Positions 1 through 13,039 of a DNA stretch of 64,000 bases are shown piece after piece (the first letter of the stretch is position 1; each line of letters begins with the position of its first letter). The notes beneath the pieces are model-generated. The model made no database searches and had not been told where the DNA came from. It saw only the letters and a program-made list of their open reading frames with translations. The stretch is taken from positions 64,001-128,000 of the forward strand of contig CAVVEU010000040.1 of the NCBI GenBank assembly GCA_963747235.1. Direction: 5' to 3'. The stretch is from an uncultured Candidatus Rokubacteria bacterium (GTDB lineage: Bacteria; Methylomirabilota; Methylomirabilia; Rokubacteriales; CSP1-6). The position numbers and the translations under genes were made by a program.

Positions 1-1966
1 CACCTCGTGGGTCAGGGCGTGCTTGAACGTGTACTCGATCTCGGGGAAGAAGCTGGCCTCGTAGAGCAGCTCGCCCGATTGCAGCAGCGCGAGCCCGGCG
101 CGCAGCCCCTCGTCGGGCAGGTCGGCGATCTCGGCCAGCACCGGGAACGGCACGTCCTTGCCGATCACCGAGGCCGACTGGAGCACGTGCTTGGCGCCCG
201 GCGTGAGGCGGTCGATGCGGGCGGCCAGCACCGCCTGCACGCTGCGCGGAACCTGGACGGTCTCGAGCGGCTTCGCGAGGCGGCGGGCCCCGGGCTCGCC
301 GATCAGGGCCTGCGTCTCGACGAGCGCCCGCACGCTCTCCTCGAGGAAGAGCGGGTTGCCGTCGGTGCGCTCCACCAGCACCGTCTTGAGCGCGGCCAGG
401 CCGGGATCCGGGCCGAGCATGCTCTCGAGCAGCGCGTGGGCCAGTCGCCGGGGGGAACGGATCGATCCGGATCTGCGCGTAGCCGGGCTTGCTGCCCCAC
501 TGATGCTGGTACTCGGGCCGGTAGGCGACCAGGATCAGCAGGCGCGTGCCCTGAAGGCGGTCCACCAGGTTGTCGAGCAGCGCCTGGGTCTCCTCGTCGA
601 TGCGCTGGAGATCCTCCACCACGAAGACCACCGGCTGGCGCCGGCTCTCGGCCAGCAGCACGTTGCGCACCGCGTCCTGGATGCGCCGGCGGCGCTGCGG
701 CGGATCGAGCGCACGCCACGCCTCGTCCTCGGGCTCGAGATCGGCGAGCGCGAGCAGGGCCGGGAGCGCCGGGGCGAGCGCGCGATCGAGCGCCAGGACC
801 TTGCCGGTGATCTTCTCGCGGATGACCCGCTCCTCGTCGAGCCGGTCGATCTGGCAGTAGCGGCGCAGGGCGTCCATCACCGGCATCCAGGACGGCGTCT
901 TCCGGTAGGCGACCGGCCGGCCTTCCAGCAGGATCGCCCCGTCCATCCACGGCCCCTCGACGAACTCGCGGATGACGCGCGACTTGCCGACGCCGGGCTC
1001 GCCCACCAGCGCCACCAGGCGCCCCTCGCCTGCGCAGCTCCGCGCGAACGCCTCGCGCAGCCGCTCCACCTCGGCCTCGCGGCCCACGAAGCGCGTCAGG
1101 CCGCGCACCGCCGCCGCCTGCAGGCGGTAGCGCGCCGGGCCCGCCCCGGTCAGCTCGTACACCTCGACCGGGTCGGTGACCCCTTTGATCGGCACCGGTC
1201 CGAGGGCCGTCACGGCCAGGAAGCCCTCGGTGAGCCGCCGCGTCTCCGGGGCGAGCAGCGTCGAGCCGGGCCGCGCGAGGCGCTCCATCTGGGCCGCCAG
1301 GTAGGTGGTCTGGCCGACCGCGCTGTAGTCCATGTGCAGATCGCTGCCGATGGCGCGCACCACGACCTCGCCGGAGTTGAGCCCGACGCGGATCTGCACG
1401 TCCACGCCCTCCGCGCGGCGCAGGTCGCGGGCCAGCCGGTGCACCTCCTCGTGCATCCGCAGCGCGGCGTAGGCGGCGCGCACCGCGTGATTCTCGTGGG
1501 CCACCGGCGCGCCGAAGATGGCCATGACCCCGTCGCCGAGCACCTGGTTCACGGTGCCCTCGTAGCGGTGGACGGCCTCCATCATCACGGCCAGCACCGG
1601 ATCGAGCATGCGCCGCGCGTCCTCGGGATCGCGATCGGCCAGGAGCTCGAGCGAGCCCTTCATGTCGGCGAAGAGCACCGTCACCTGCTTGCGCTCGCCC
1701 TCGAGCGTGCCGCGCGAGGTGCGGATCTTCTCGGCCAGGTGCGGCGGCGTGTAGGTCTCGGGCGAGGCGAAGCGGACCGGGCCCGCGACGAGGATCGGCT
1801 GGCCGCAGCCCCCGCAGAAGCGCGCGCCCGGCTCGTGCACGAAGCCGCAGCGCGCGCACGAAGCCTGGAGGGCCTGGCCGCACGCGACGCAGAAGCGATG
1901 GCTCGGCGGGTTCTCGGCGCGGCAGCGGGGACAGGGCACCGGCCCCGTCTCGGGCGTCGCGGTCAT
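1..1966 (-). CDS. Double zinc-ribbon / class III adenylate-guanylate cyclase / AAA (STAND) ATPase protein; runs off left edge, frameshift near 440
   Basis: Manual translation from ATG at 1966: CPRC..FCVACG..CARCG..FCGGCG, GERKQVTVLFADMKGS, LGDGVMAIFGAP, RVGLNSGEV, Walker A GEPGVGKS, VVEDL, GNPLFLEE, YTFKHALTHEV. Confidence 0.9.
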   Translation of the reverse strand, partial: MTATPETGPVPCPRCRAENPPSHRFCVACGQALQASCARCGFVHEPGARFCGGCGQPILVAGPVRFASPETYTPPHLAEKIRTSRGTLEGERKQVTVLFADMKGSLELLADRDPEDARRMLDPVLAVMMEAVHRYEGTVNQVLGDGVMAIFGAPVAHENHAVRAAYAALRMHEEVHRLARDLRRAEGVDVQIRVGLNSGEVVVRAIGSDLHMDYSAVGQTTYLAAQMERLARPGSTLLAPETRRLTEGFLAVTALGPVPIKGVTDPVEVYELTGAGPARYRLQAAAVRGLTRFVGREAEVERLREAFARSCAGEGRLVALVGEPGVGKSRVIREFVEGPWMDGAILLEGRPVAYRKTPSWMPVMDALRRYCQIDRLDEERVIREKITGKVLALDRALAPALPALLALADLEPEDEAWRALDPPQRRRRIQDAVRNVLLAESRRQPVVFVVEDLQRIDEETQALLDNLVDRLQGTRLLILVAYRPEYQHQWGSKPGYAQIRIDPFPPATGPRAAREHARPGSRPGRAQDGAGGAHRRQPALPRGERAGARRDAGPDRRARGPPPREAARDRPGSAQRAGGAGRPHRPPHAGRQARAPVGLGDRQGRAVPGAGRDRRPARRGAARRARAAAIGRAALRGQLLPRDRVHVQARPDPRG

Positions 1967-1970
1967 GCGG

Positions 1971-2456
1971 CTACCAGGGCCGCGCGGGCGCCGGGAGCCC
2001 GTCGAGCGCGGCGGGCAACGGCTCGCGCGGGGCGAGCCCGCGGCGCGTGAGCGCGTCGTGGAGCGCCCGCAATGAATCCGCCGCCGCGCCGGTCACGCGC
2101 TCGAGCAGCTCGAGGCCCGGCTGCGGTCCGTCGTGCACCGCGATCACGCGCGCGAACTCGCGCGGCCCGGCGCCCTCGAACCACCCTCCGAGCCGGCCGC
2201 GCACCAGGGCGCCGTAGCGGGCCACCGACGCGCCGTCCAGCAGATCGGCGGGCGCGGCCTCGTGGCGCCAGTCTTCCGGGAAGCGGCCCAGGTCCATGCC
2301 GTCGGCGAAACCCAGGCCGAGACGGAAGAGGCCGAAGGCGAGATCGCGCAGCGCCGGATCCAGGTCGGCCTCCGCCACGGGGCGGATCATGCGCTCGCCG
2401 GCCGCCAGGATGTCGTCCAGCCGGCGGCCCAGCTCGCCCGGATCGAGCCGGCCCAC
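1971..2456 (-). CDS. Hypothetical protein, DinB-like helical fold (degenerate)
   Basis: C-terminal ~160 aa of ORF 1971..7457 from GTG at 2456 ([43 protein letters not shown]); family assignment from recalled similarity only. Confidence 0.55.
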   Translation of the reverse strand: MGRLDPGELGRRLDDILAAGERMIRPVAEADLDPALRDLAFGLFRLGLGFADGMDLGRFPEDWRHEAAPADLLDGASVARYGALVRGRLGGWFEGAGPREFARVIAVHDGPQPGLELLERVTGAAADSLRALHDALTRRGLAPREPLPAALDGLPAPARPW

Positions 2457-2461
2457 GGGGC

Positions 2462-3251
2462 CTAGCGACCCGTGAACGTCACCGGCTGCTTGCGGGCGAA
2501 CGCGACCACGCCGTTGCGGAAGTCCTCGGTATGGCCGCTGGCCGCGATCGCCTGCGCCTCCAGCTCCATCTGCGTCTCGAGGCTCTCCTGGGTGGACTGG
2601 TGGAAGAGCAGCTTGGCGCGCCCGAAGGCCTGCGTCGGGCCCTGGGCCAGCTCGCGGGCCAGCGCGGCGACCGCGCCGGGGAACTCGGCGTCCGGGTGCA
2701 CGCGGTTGACCAGGCCCCACTCCATCGCCTCGCGCGCCGAGAGCACGCGGTTCGTGTAGTGCAGCTCGAGCGCGCGGCGCAGCCCGATCAGCCGCGGCAG
2801 GAAGTAGGACGACGAGCCGTCCGGCGAGGCGGCGATCCTGCGAGTAGGCCATCGTGAACTTCGCCGATTCCGCGGCCACCACCAGGTCCCCCGAGAGCGC
2901 GAGGCTCATCCCGCCGCCCGCCGCGATGCCGTTCACCGCCATCACCACCGGCTTCATGGTGCGCGCCAGCCGCGAGATCGCCCCGTGCAGGTACGTGGTC
3001 AGCTCCTTGACCAGGACGCCGATCCGCTCCGGGTTGTCCGCGAAGTCCTTGACGTCACCGCCCGCGCAGAACGCCTTCCCGGCCCCGGTGATCACGACGC
3101 ACCGCACCGCCCGGTCCTCGTCCGCCTCCAGCGCGGCGTGGAAGAGATCCCGGCCGAGCGCCAGGTTCAGGGCGTTGTAGGCGTCGGGCCGGTTGAGCGT
3201 GATGGTCGCGATGCCGTCCTTCAGCTCGTAGCGCAGGGTCTCGTACGCCAT
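2462..3251 (-). CDS. Enoyl-CoA hydratase/isomerase (crotonase) family; frameshift near 2845
   Basis: [57 protein letters not shown]; C-terminus in ORF 2462..2746. Confidence 0.9.
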
Positions 3252-3271
3252 GGTCCTCTCCCGTGGAGTCG

Positions 3272-4687
3272 CTAGCGGCGGTCGCCGACGCGATGGAGCT
3301 TGAGGAGGTTGGTGGTCCCGGTCACCCACATCGGCGCGCCGGAGATGATCACGATCACGTCGTTGTTCCGCACGGTGCCGTCGCCCAGCAGCGTGGCCTC
3401 CACTTCCTCGATCATCTCGTCGGTGGTCTCCACCTTGTGCACGAGCCGCGAGGAGACGCCCCAGAAGAGGCCGAGGCGCCGCTGCACCTCCGAGTACGGC
3501 GTGAGCGCCATGATCGGCACTTCCGGCCGGTCCTGGGAGATGAGCCGCGCGCTGAAGCCCGACTGGGTGAAGGCCACGATGGCCTTGGCGTGGAGCAGCC
3601 GGGCCGCCTGGCAGGCCGCCTCCGCCACCGCCTCCGGGAAGCCGTAGGCCTCCGGCCGCTGGCGGGAGCCGTTCGCCGCCGGGACGGCCCGCTCGGCCCG
3701 CTCCGCGATGCGCGCCATCATCTCGACCGTCTCCACCGGGAAGCGGCCGGTCGCCGTCTCCGCGGAGAGCATGATCGCGTCCGCGCCGTCGAAGATGGCG
3801 GTGGCCACGTCGCTCACCTCGGCGCGGGTGGGCCGCGAGTGCGTGACCATGGACTCGAGCATCTGGGTGGCCACGATCACCGGCACCTTGGCCAGCCGCG
3901 CCTGGCGGATCACGTCCTTCTGGATGACCGGCACCTCCTCGAGCGGCACCTCGACCCCGAGATCGCCCCGCGCCACCATCACCGCGTCCACCAGCGGCAG
4001 CAGCCCCTGCAGGTTCGCGACGATCTCCGCGCGCTCGAGCTTGGCCACGATCGGGATGTTGGCGCCCTGGTCGTGGAGGAACTTGCGGACCTCCTGGATG
4101 TCGGCGGCGGAGCGGACGAAGGAGATCGCCACGTAGTCCACCGCCTGCTCGATCCCGAAGCGCAGGTCCTCGCGGTCCTTCTCGGCCAGGCACGAGACCG
4201 GCACCGGCAGCCGCGGGAAGGACACGCCCTTGTGATCCGACACCGGCCCGCCCGAGACGACCCGGCACTCGACCTCGCCGTCCGTCCACCTTCTCCACCA
4301 CGAGCTGGATCATCCCGTCGTCCATCCAGACCGCATCGCCCGGCCGCAGGGCCGCGAGGAACTCGGGATGGTTCAGCGAGCTGCGCGAGGCGGTCCCCTT
4401 CACGGTGCGGGTGGTCAGCACGAAGTGCTCCCCCGGCGCGAGCATGGCCTGCCCGCCCACGAACGTGCCGAGGCGCACCTTGGGGCCCTGGAGATCCTGG
4501 AGGATGGTGATCGGCCGGCCCCAGCGCGCCTCCCCCTCCCGGATCGCGCGGATGACCTCGGCGTGCTCGGCGTGGGTGCCGTGCGAGAAGTTGAGCCGGG
4601 CCACGTCCATGCCCGCGGCCACCAGCCGGTCGAGCATCTCCGGCCGGCTGCTCGCCGGGCCGATCGTGCAGACGATCTTGGTGCGTC

Positions 4688-4691
<4 letters not shown>
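3272..4691 (-). CDS. pyk: Pyruvate kinase; frameshift near 4285
   Basis: [69 protein letters not shown]; GTGA overlap with uvrA stop. Confidence 0.95.
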
Positions 4692-7457
<2,766 letters not shown>

Positions 7458-7466
7458 GGACGCTAC

Positions 7467-7495
7467 ATCATACCCCCAGCGTCGAGCGGCGTAAA
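7467..7495 (-). promoter_or_regulatory. Sigma70-type promoter for uvrA (TTTACG-17-TATGAT) inside the MFS 3' end; near-leaderless
   Basis: -35 at 7495-7490, -10 at 7472-7467, ATG 9 nt downstream, no Shine-Dalgarno. Confidence 0.5.
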
Positions 7496-8632
7496 ACGAC
7501 CCGCCGCTCCGTCACCACGAACAGCGTGAGGCCCACCAGCGCACCCGCCGCCGCGGTGTGGAACCCGGCCGCGAAGGAGACGCGCTCCACCGTGAAGCCC
7601 ACCAGGAGCGAGCCGAGCACGCTGCCGAGGTCGAAGGAGCCGGAGAGCGTGCCCATGGCGGAGCCACGCTCGGCCTCCGGCGTGCGGTCCACCAGGAGCG
7701 CGAGCAGGGTCGGATAGAACATGGCCACGCCGGCCCCGAGCATGATCGCGGCCGCGGCCAGCGTCGGCACCCGCGGCGGCTGGGCGAGGACCAGGTAGCT
7801 CAGCGTCGTGAGCGCCACCGCGGGCACGATCACCCGGGCCCGGCCGATCCGATCGGACAGGCCACGGAGGGTCAGCCGCCCGGTGATGATGCAGATCGCG
7901 AAGAGCACGTAGAACCACCCGAGGCTACCCTCGAGGCCCGAGGCCAGCGCGTAGAGGGGCAGGAAGGCGTAGATCGAGCTGTAGCCGATGTTCACGCACA
8001 CCACCGTGGCCGCGGCCGGCAGCGCACGCCGGCTGAACCAGCGAAATCCCTGCGGGGACGCGGCCTCCAGGGCCGGTGTCTTGAGAATCAGGATGAGCAC
8101 CGCGATCAGCGCGCCGAGGCCCACCGCGGCGGCGAAGCAGGCCTGGATGCCGGCCGCGCGCGTACAGCGCCAGGCCGAGCGGCGGGCCCGCCGCGAAGGA
8201 GAGCGCGGTGGCCAGGAAGTAGACGCTGAGCGCCTCGCCCCGCCGGGCCGACGGGCTGGCCTGGGCCACGAGCACGCCCGCCGCGGTGGCCAGCACCCCG
8301 TTGCCGCAGCCGAGGCCCGCCATCAGGGCGACATACGCGGCGGGAGCCGCGGCCAACGGCAGCAGCAGGAGCGTCGCGAGCAGAACGGCCACCCCGGGGA
8401 GCATCACGCGCCGGGCGCCGAACCGATCCACCCACCCGCCGACCAGCGGGCGCAGGATCATGGAGACGGTCGTGGACGTGGCGAAGAGCAGGCCGACCTG
8501 GGTCTTGCTGCCCCCGAGCCCGACCACGTGCAGCGGCAGCGTGGCGTTGAGCAGGTAGATCACGACGTGCACGCCCCCCGAGATCGCCAGGCAGGCCGCG
8601 ATCGTCGGCGTGATCAGCGAGGCCGCGGTCAC
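7468..8632 (-). CDS. MFS transporter; frameshift near 8150
   Basis: Many hydrophobic helices; motif A-like [11 protein letters not shown] and LSDRIGRAR; RRGEALS and ERGSAMG loops. Confidence 0.88.
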
Positions 8633-10108
8633 GGCCGCACGCGCCGGCCGAGCCACAGCACCAGCGCTCCGACGGGCCCGGCCACGAGCGCCGGATAGGC
8701 GATGGCGGCGCCCAGGAATCCGCCGCCCGTGCCGCGGAGCTGGAGCGCGGCCAGCCCGACGAACACGATGAGCCCGATCGTCCCGGCGGTGGCCGCGGTG
8801 CGGCCGTGGCGCGGCGGCCAGAGCGCGGCCGGCCCGAGCGCGCAGCCCGCGCCGCCCAGGGCGAGCAGGCTCAGCGCCCACGGATCCACGGGCCACAGGC
8901 TCGCGACCGCGGCCCCGCCGAAGAGGCCGGCCCAGAGCCCCGGATCGTGGCCGATCTCGCCGCCGCCCGTGGCGTCGAGCGCGCCGAGGCGCTCGCGGAG
9001 CGCGAGGCTCGAGGCGAGGAAAGCGGCGAGGCCGGCGGCGAGCAGCAGCATCTGGAGCGTGCGGCGCCACGGCTCGGCGAAGAGCGCATGCGGAGGCAGC
9101 TCGAGCAGGCGCTCGAGCGTCATGCCGCCCAGGAAGAGATCGGGCGCCTGGATCAGCGCGTAGACCGCCCAGGCCTGCGCCCACACGAAGGCGAGCAGCA
9201 GCCCGCCGGCCGCGAGGCCCACGCCGATCGCGGGAGAGGCGCACCGTGAGGCCCGCGCGCAGCAGCGCGGCCGCTCCCGCCAGCAGCGTGACGGCCAGGC
9301 CGACGCGCTCGAGCCAGCGGCGCGGCCCGCCGTCGGCCCAGGCCATGCCGGATGCCGGCGCTCCGGGGACCCGCTTGTCCGCCTCGAAGCGTAGCCGCAG
9401 CGTCGAGGCGCGCGAGATCTCGTCGCCCGCGCGCAGCGTCACGGTCTGCCCGGGCGCCAGCGTCCACTCGATGGCGGCGGGGCGCCCACCGTCCAGCGTG
9501 CGCGCGCGCAGGATGCCCCCGACGGGCGCGGTCACGCGATGCACCTCGTCGAAGACGAGCGGCGCGCCGCCACGCACCACGCCCAGATCGCGCCCACCGA
9601 TGACCCAGGGGCTCGAGGGCGGGAACCGGAAGGCGGGCTGGCTCGCCACGCGATCCCACGCCGCGATGGGTCCGAGCGCGAGCGCCCACGCGAGCTGCAG
9701 CAGCACCACCACCACGGCGATGAACGCGACCGCGAGCAGCAGCGGCGCCGTCCGGCGCAGCGGCCGCCAGGCCGTCAAGAGCCACCCCGCCCCCGCGGTG
9801 ACCACGATGCCCTGCCACCGCCGCGCGCCGAGCCACGCGGCCACGTCGCCCGCCAGGGCGATGTTCGCCCAGAGCAGCACGCCCACCGTGATGAGCAGCG
9901 TGACGACCGGGAAGAGCGTCTCGCCGCCGCGCGAGCTATCCCCCGGCACCGGACGGCCGGTGCCCCAGCCCAGCGCGATGAGGGGCGTCAGCGCCACCAC
10001 GAGGCCGAGCCAGAGGCCGTCGGGCCCGCGCGCGGCGAGGGCCGCCGGCACCGCCAGCGCCACCACCGGCGTGAGCCAGACCGCCAGGATGCGCGCGACC
10101 GACGTCAT
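8629..10108 (-). CDS. Polytopic membrane protein resembling a degenerate sodium:solute symporter (ActP-like) with an inserted soluble domain; frameshift near 9230
   Basis: W-x14-GPDGL, LLAAGLAAFLASS and YPALVAGPVG segments match the SSS helix pattern by eye; ATGA-coupled to an upstream small membrane gene. Confidence 0.55.
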
Positions 10109-10317
10109 GCGTCCGGGGACGGGACCGGCACCGGCTCGGCGAGCCAGCGGATCGCGACGAGCACCGCCAGCCCCGGCGCGAGCACGCCGCCGTACCACCA
10201 GAGCAGCGAGAGCCCGGCCACGCGAATGCTCGCCACCTGGTTCGGGAGCGCGCCGAGGAGGAGGAAGCCCGCGAGCAGCAGCGCGAGCAGGACGACACCG
10301 GTGGTCCGCGTGGTCAC
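10105..10317 (-). CDS. Small two-helix membrane protein (DUF485/DUF4212-like SSS partner)
   Basis: MTTRTTGVVLLALLLAGFLLLGALPNQVASIRVAGLSLLWWYGGVLAP; GTG 7 nt after TATAAT. Confidence 0.6.
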   Translation of the reverse strand: MTTRTTGVVLLALLLAGFLLLGALPNQVASIRVAGLSLLWWYGGVLAPGLAVLVAIRWLAEPVPVPSPDA

Positions 10318-10324
10318 CGGCCGC

Positions 10325-10361
10325 ATTATAGCGGGATGGTAAGATAGCAAGCACGAAAGGA
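10325..10361. promoter_or_regulatory. Divergent promoter pair: TATAAT (minus, 10330-10325) and extended -10 TGGTAAGAT (plus) followed by RBS AAAGGAG
   Basis: AT-rich island between divergent genes with consensus -10 hexamers. Confidence 0.55.
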
Positions 10362-10370
10362 GCCTTCTCC

Positions 10371-11087
10371 ATGCCCGATGCGTCGCCGAAACCCCCGATC
10401 CAGCGCGTGCTGGTGATCACCGCCCACCCCGACGACTCCGAGTTCGGCGCCGGGGGCACCATCGCCAAGCTCGTGCGCGACGGCATGCAGGTCGCCTACT
10501 GCATCGTCACCAGCGGCAACAAGGGCTCGGGCGACCGGAGCATGACGCCCGAGCGCCTGGCCCGCATCCGCGAGGAGGAGCAGCGCAACGCGGCGCGGGT
10601 GCTCGGCGTGGAGACGGTGGACTTCCTGGGCTTCCCGGACTGCGAGGTCGAGGATACGCGCGAGTCGCGCCTGGCGGTCACCGCCGCGATCCGGCGCCAC
10701 CGGCCCGACCGCCTCATCATCCAGAATCCGCACCGCACCAAGAACCTGGGCGCCTCGCACCGCGATCACCGCACGGTGGCCGGCATCGCGCTCGACTGCG
10801 TCTACCCGCTCGCGCGCGACCACATGGCGTTCCCGGAGCTGCTGGCGCAGGGCCTCGAGCCCCACAAGGTCCGCGAGGTCTATCTCATGTGGTGGGAGAA
10901 CCCCGAGCTGGTCGTGGACATCTCGGACACGATCGATCTCAAGATCAAGGCGCTGGCCTGCCACGCGAGCCAGTTCAAGGATTTCGCCGGGGTGGAGAAG
11001 CGCGTCCGCGAGCGCGGCGCCGAGCTCGGCAAGCCCCGGGGCTACGCCTACGCCGAGACCTTCGATCTGATCGCCCTCGATCGCTAG
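10371..11087 (+). CDS. PIG-L/LmbE family N-acetylglucosaminyl deacetylase
   Basis: VLVITAHPDDSEFGAGGTIAK, R..EQRNAARVLGV, HRDH, KIKALACHASQ; intact ORF with RBS. Confidence 0.92.
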   Translation: MPDASPKPPIQRVLVITAHPDDSEFGAGGTIAKLVRDGMQVAYCIVTSGNKGSGDRSMTPERLARIREEEQRNAARVLGVETVDFLGFPDCEVEDTRESRLAVTAAIRRHRPDRLIIQNPHRTKNLGASHRDHRTVAGIALDCVYPLARDHMAFPELLAQGLEPHKVREVYLMWWENPELVVDISDTIDLKIKALACHASQFKDFAGVEKRVRERGAELGKPRGYAYAETFDLIALDR

Positions 11088-11106
11088 CGTCCCGCCCCCG
11101 CGCGCG

Positions 11107-11370
11107 TCACCGGCGCTCCCACGGCGGGCCCAGGATCACGCGTCCACCGGCGTCCGGACACGTCTCGGGCGCGAGCGCCCCCCACGGCAGGCTCTCGGCC
11201 ACCGCCGTCGGGCTCGTGTCGTCCGTGACCTGTCCCGTCATGAGCGCCCGCTTCTCGCAGGCCGTCGGCAGCAGTCCCGGCGGAGCCGCCGCCGGCCTGA
11301 CCGGCGCGGGCGCGGACGCGCACGCCGCGATGAGCCACACCACCGACAGCACCCCGAATACGCGCGTCAC
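11107..11370 (-). CDS. Small putative lipoprotein
   Basis: Signal peptide with lipobox IAAC; GGGGAGG RBS before GTG; two further Cys. Confidence 0.55.
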   Translation of the reverse strand: MTRVFGVLSVVWLIAACASAPAPVRPAAAPPGLLPTACEKRALMTGQVTDDTSPTAVAESLPWGALAPETCPDAGGRVILGPPWERR

Positions 11371-11422
11371 GGCCTCCCCGGCCAGAGTACGAGAATCCTT
11401 CCCCGGGCGGGGCCGCTTTCGC

Positions 11423-11428
11423 TAGAAT
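11423..11428 (+). promoter_or_regulatory. -10 box TAGAAT, 7 nt before the GTG start (leaderless)
   Basis: GCTAGAATCACGCCCGTGAAG. Confidence 0.45.
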
Positions 11429-11435
11429 CACGCCC

Positions 11436-13039
11436 GTGAAGCCAGGAGCGCCCATCCCGGCCACCCTGACCGAGCTGATGGGGGGCAGGGCCGCCCAGGA
11501 TCCTGACACCCCGTACTTCCACCTCTTCGACGAAGCGGTGCCGTACGGCCGTCTGTGGCGGGAGAGCGCGCGCTACGCGGCCGGCCTGAAGCGCGCCGGC
11601 ATCGACCGCGGCGACAAGGTCTGCCTCATCTATCCGACCTGCGCCGAGTTCTTCTACACCTTCTTCGGGGCCCTCCGGCTGGGCGCGGTGCCGGTGCCGC
11701 TCTACCCCACCCTCGGCGTCGAGGCGACCGCCAACGTCTTCCGCGACTCGGAGGCGAAGGTGGTGGCCACCATCGGCTGGTTCCGCTCGGGCGTGGAGGA
11801 ATCGCAGGCCGCCGCGCCCAATATCCGGCACGTGCTGGAGCCGAGCGATCTCGAGGTGGACGATCCCGCCGCCGGCCTTCCCGACCGCGGCGACCGACGA
11901 CGTGGCCTTCATCCAGTACACCTCGGGCAGCACCGGCCAGCCGCGCGGGGTCGTGCTGAGCCACGCCAACGTGGTGCGCACCGTGGAGTTCATGGCGGAG
12001 GCCGCGCAGCTCACCCGGGACGACGTCGTCGTCTCGTGGCTGCCGCTCTACCACGACATGGGCCTGATCGGCTGCTCGTTCACCCCGCCCTGGAGCGGGG
12101 CCGCCGCTCCACCTGCTGCCGCCCGATCTCAAGAACCCGCGCGTGTGGCTCGAGCTGGTCACCCGGGTCGGCGCCACGTTCACGGTCTCGCCCGACTTCG
12201 GCTACCGCAACTGCGTGCGCAACATCCACGACACGAGCGGCCTCGATCTCTCCTCGCTCAAGCAGGCGCTCTCCGGCGCCGAGCCGGTGCGCCTCAGCAC
12301 CATCGAGGCCTTCGAGCGGAAGTTCGACGCGCAGAACCTCATCACGCCCTGCTACGGCCTCGCCGAGGCCACGCTGGCGGTGGCGATCTGGCCGCGGCGG
12401 ACGCCGCTCCGCCTGGACAGCTCGGGGCGGTTCCTCTCGGTGGGCCAGCCCTGCCGCGGCGTGCGCGTGCGCATCATGGACGGCGAGGAAGAGGTCAAGC
12501 CGGGCGTCGACGGCGGAGATCTGCGTACAGAGCCCCGGCGTGATGCAGGGCTACTACAACAATCCCGAGGCCACCCGGAAGATCCTCTCGCCCGACGGCT
12601 GGCTCCGCACCGGCGACCTCGGCTTCGTGGACGCGGAGGGCTTCCTCTACGTCACCGGGCGGCTCAAGGACGTGATCATCCTGGGCGGCGAGAACGTGAT
12701 CCCCGCCGACATCGAGGAGATCGTGGACCACGTGCCCGGCGTGCGCTACTCGGCGGCGGTCGGCGTGGAGAGCGAGCGCACCGGCACCCAGCGCCTGCAC
12801 GTGGTGGCCGAGGTGCGCGAGCAGGCCGCCGACGCGGACGCGCACTCGCGCCTGGTCCGCGAGATCGTCCAGCGCGTCCGCGAGGGCCGGGGCCATCGCC
12901 CCGCCCGCGTGCTGCTGGTCCTGCCCAGCACGATCCCCAAGACCTCGTCGGGCAAGATCCAGCGCTCGCGCCTCGGCGGAGATGATCGCGCGCGACGAGC
13001 TGCGCGACCGCATCGTCTACTCCTCCGGCGCCCGACTGA
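11436..13039 (+). CDS. Fatty acyl-AMP ligase-like adenylating enzyme; several frameshifts
   Basis: AFIQYTSGSTGQPRGV, SWLPLYHDMGLIG, PDFGY, PCYGLAEATLAV, WLRTGDLG, IPKTSSGKIQR. Confidence 0.88.
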
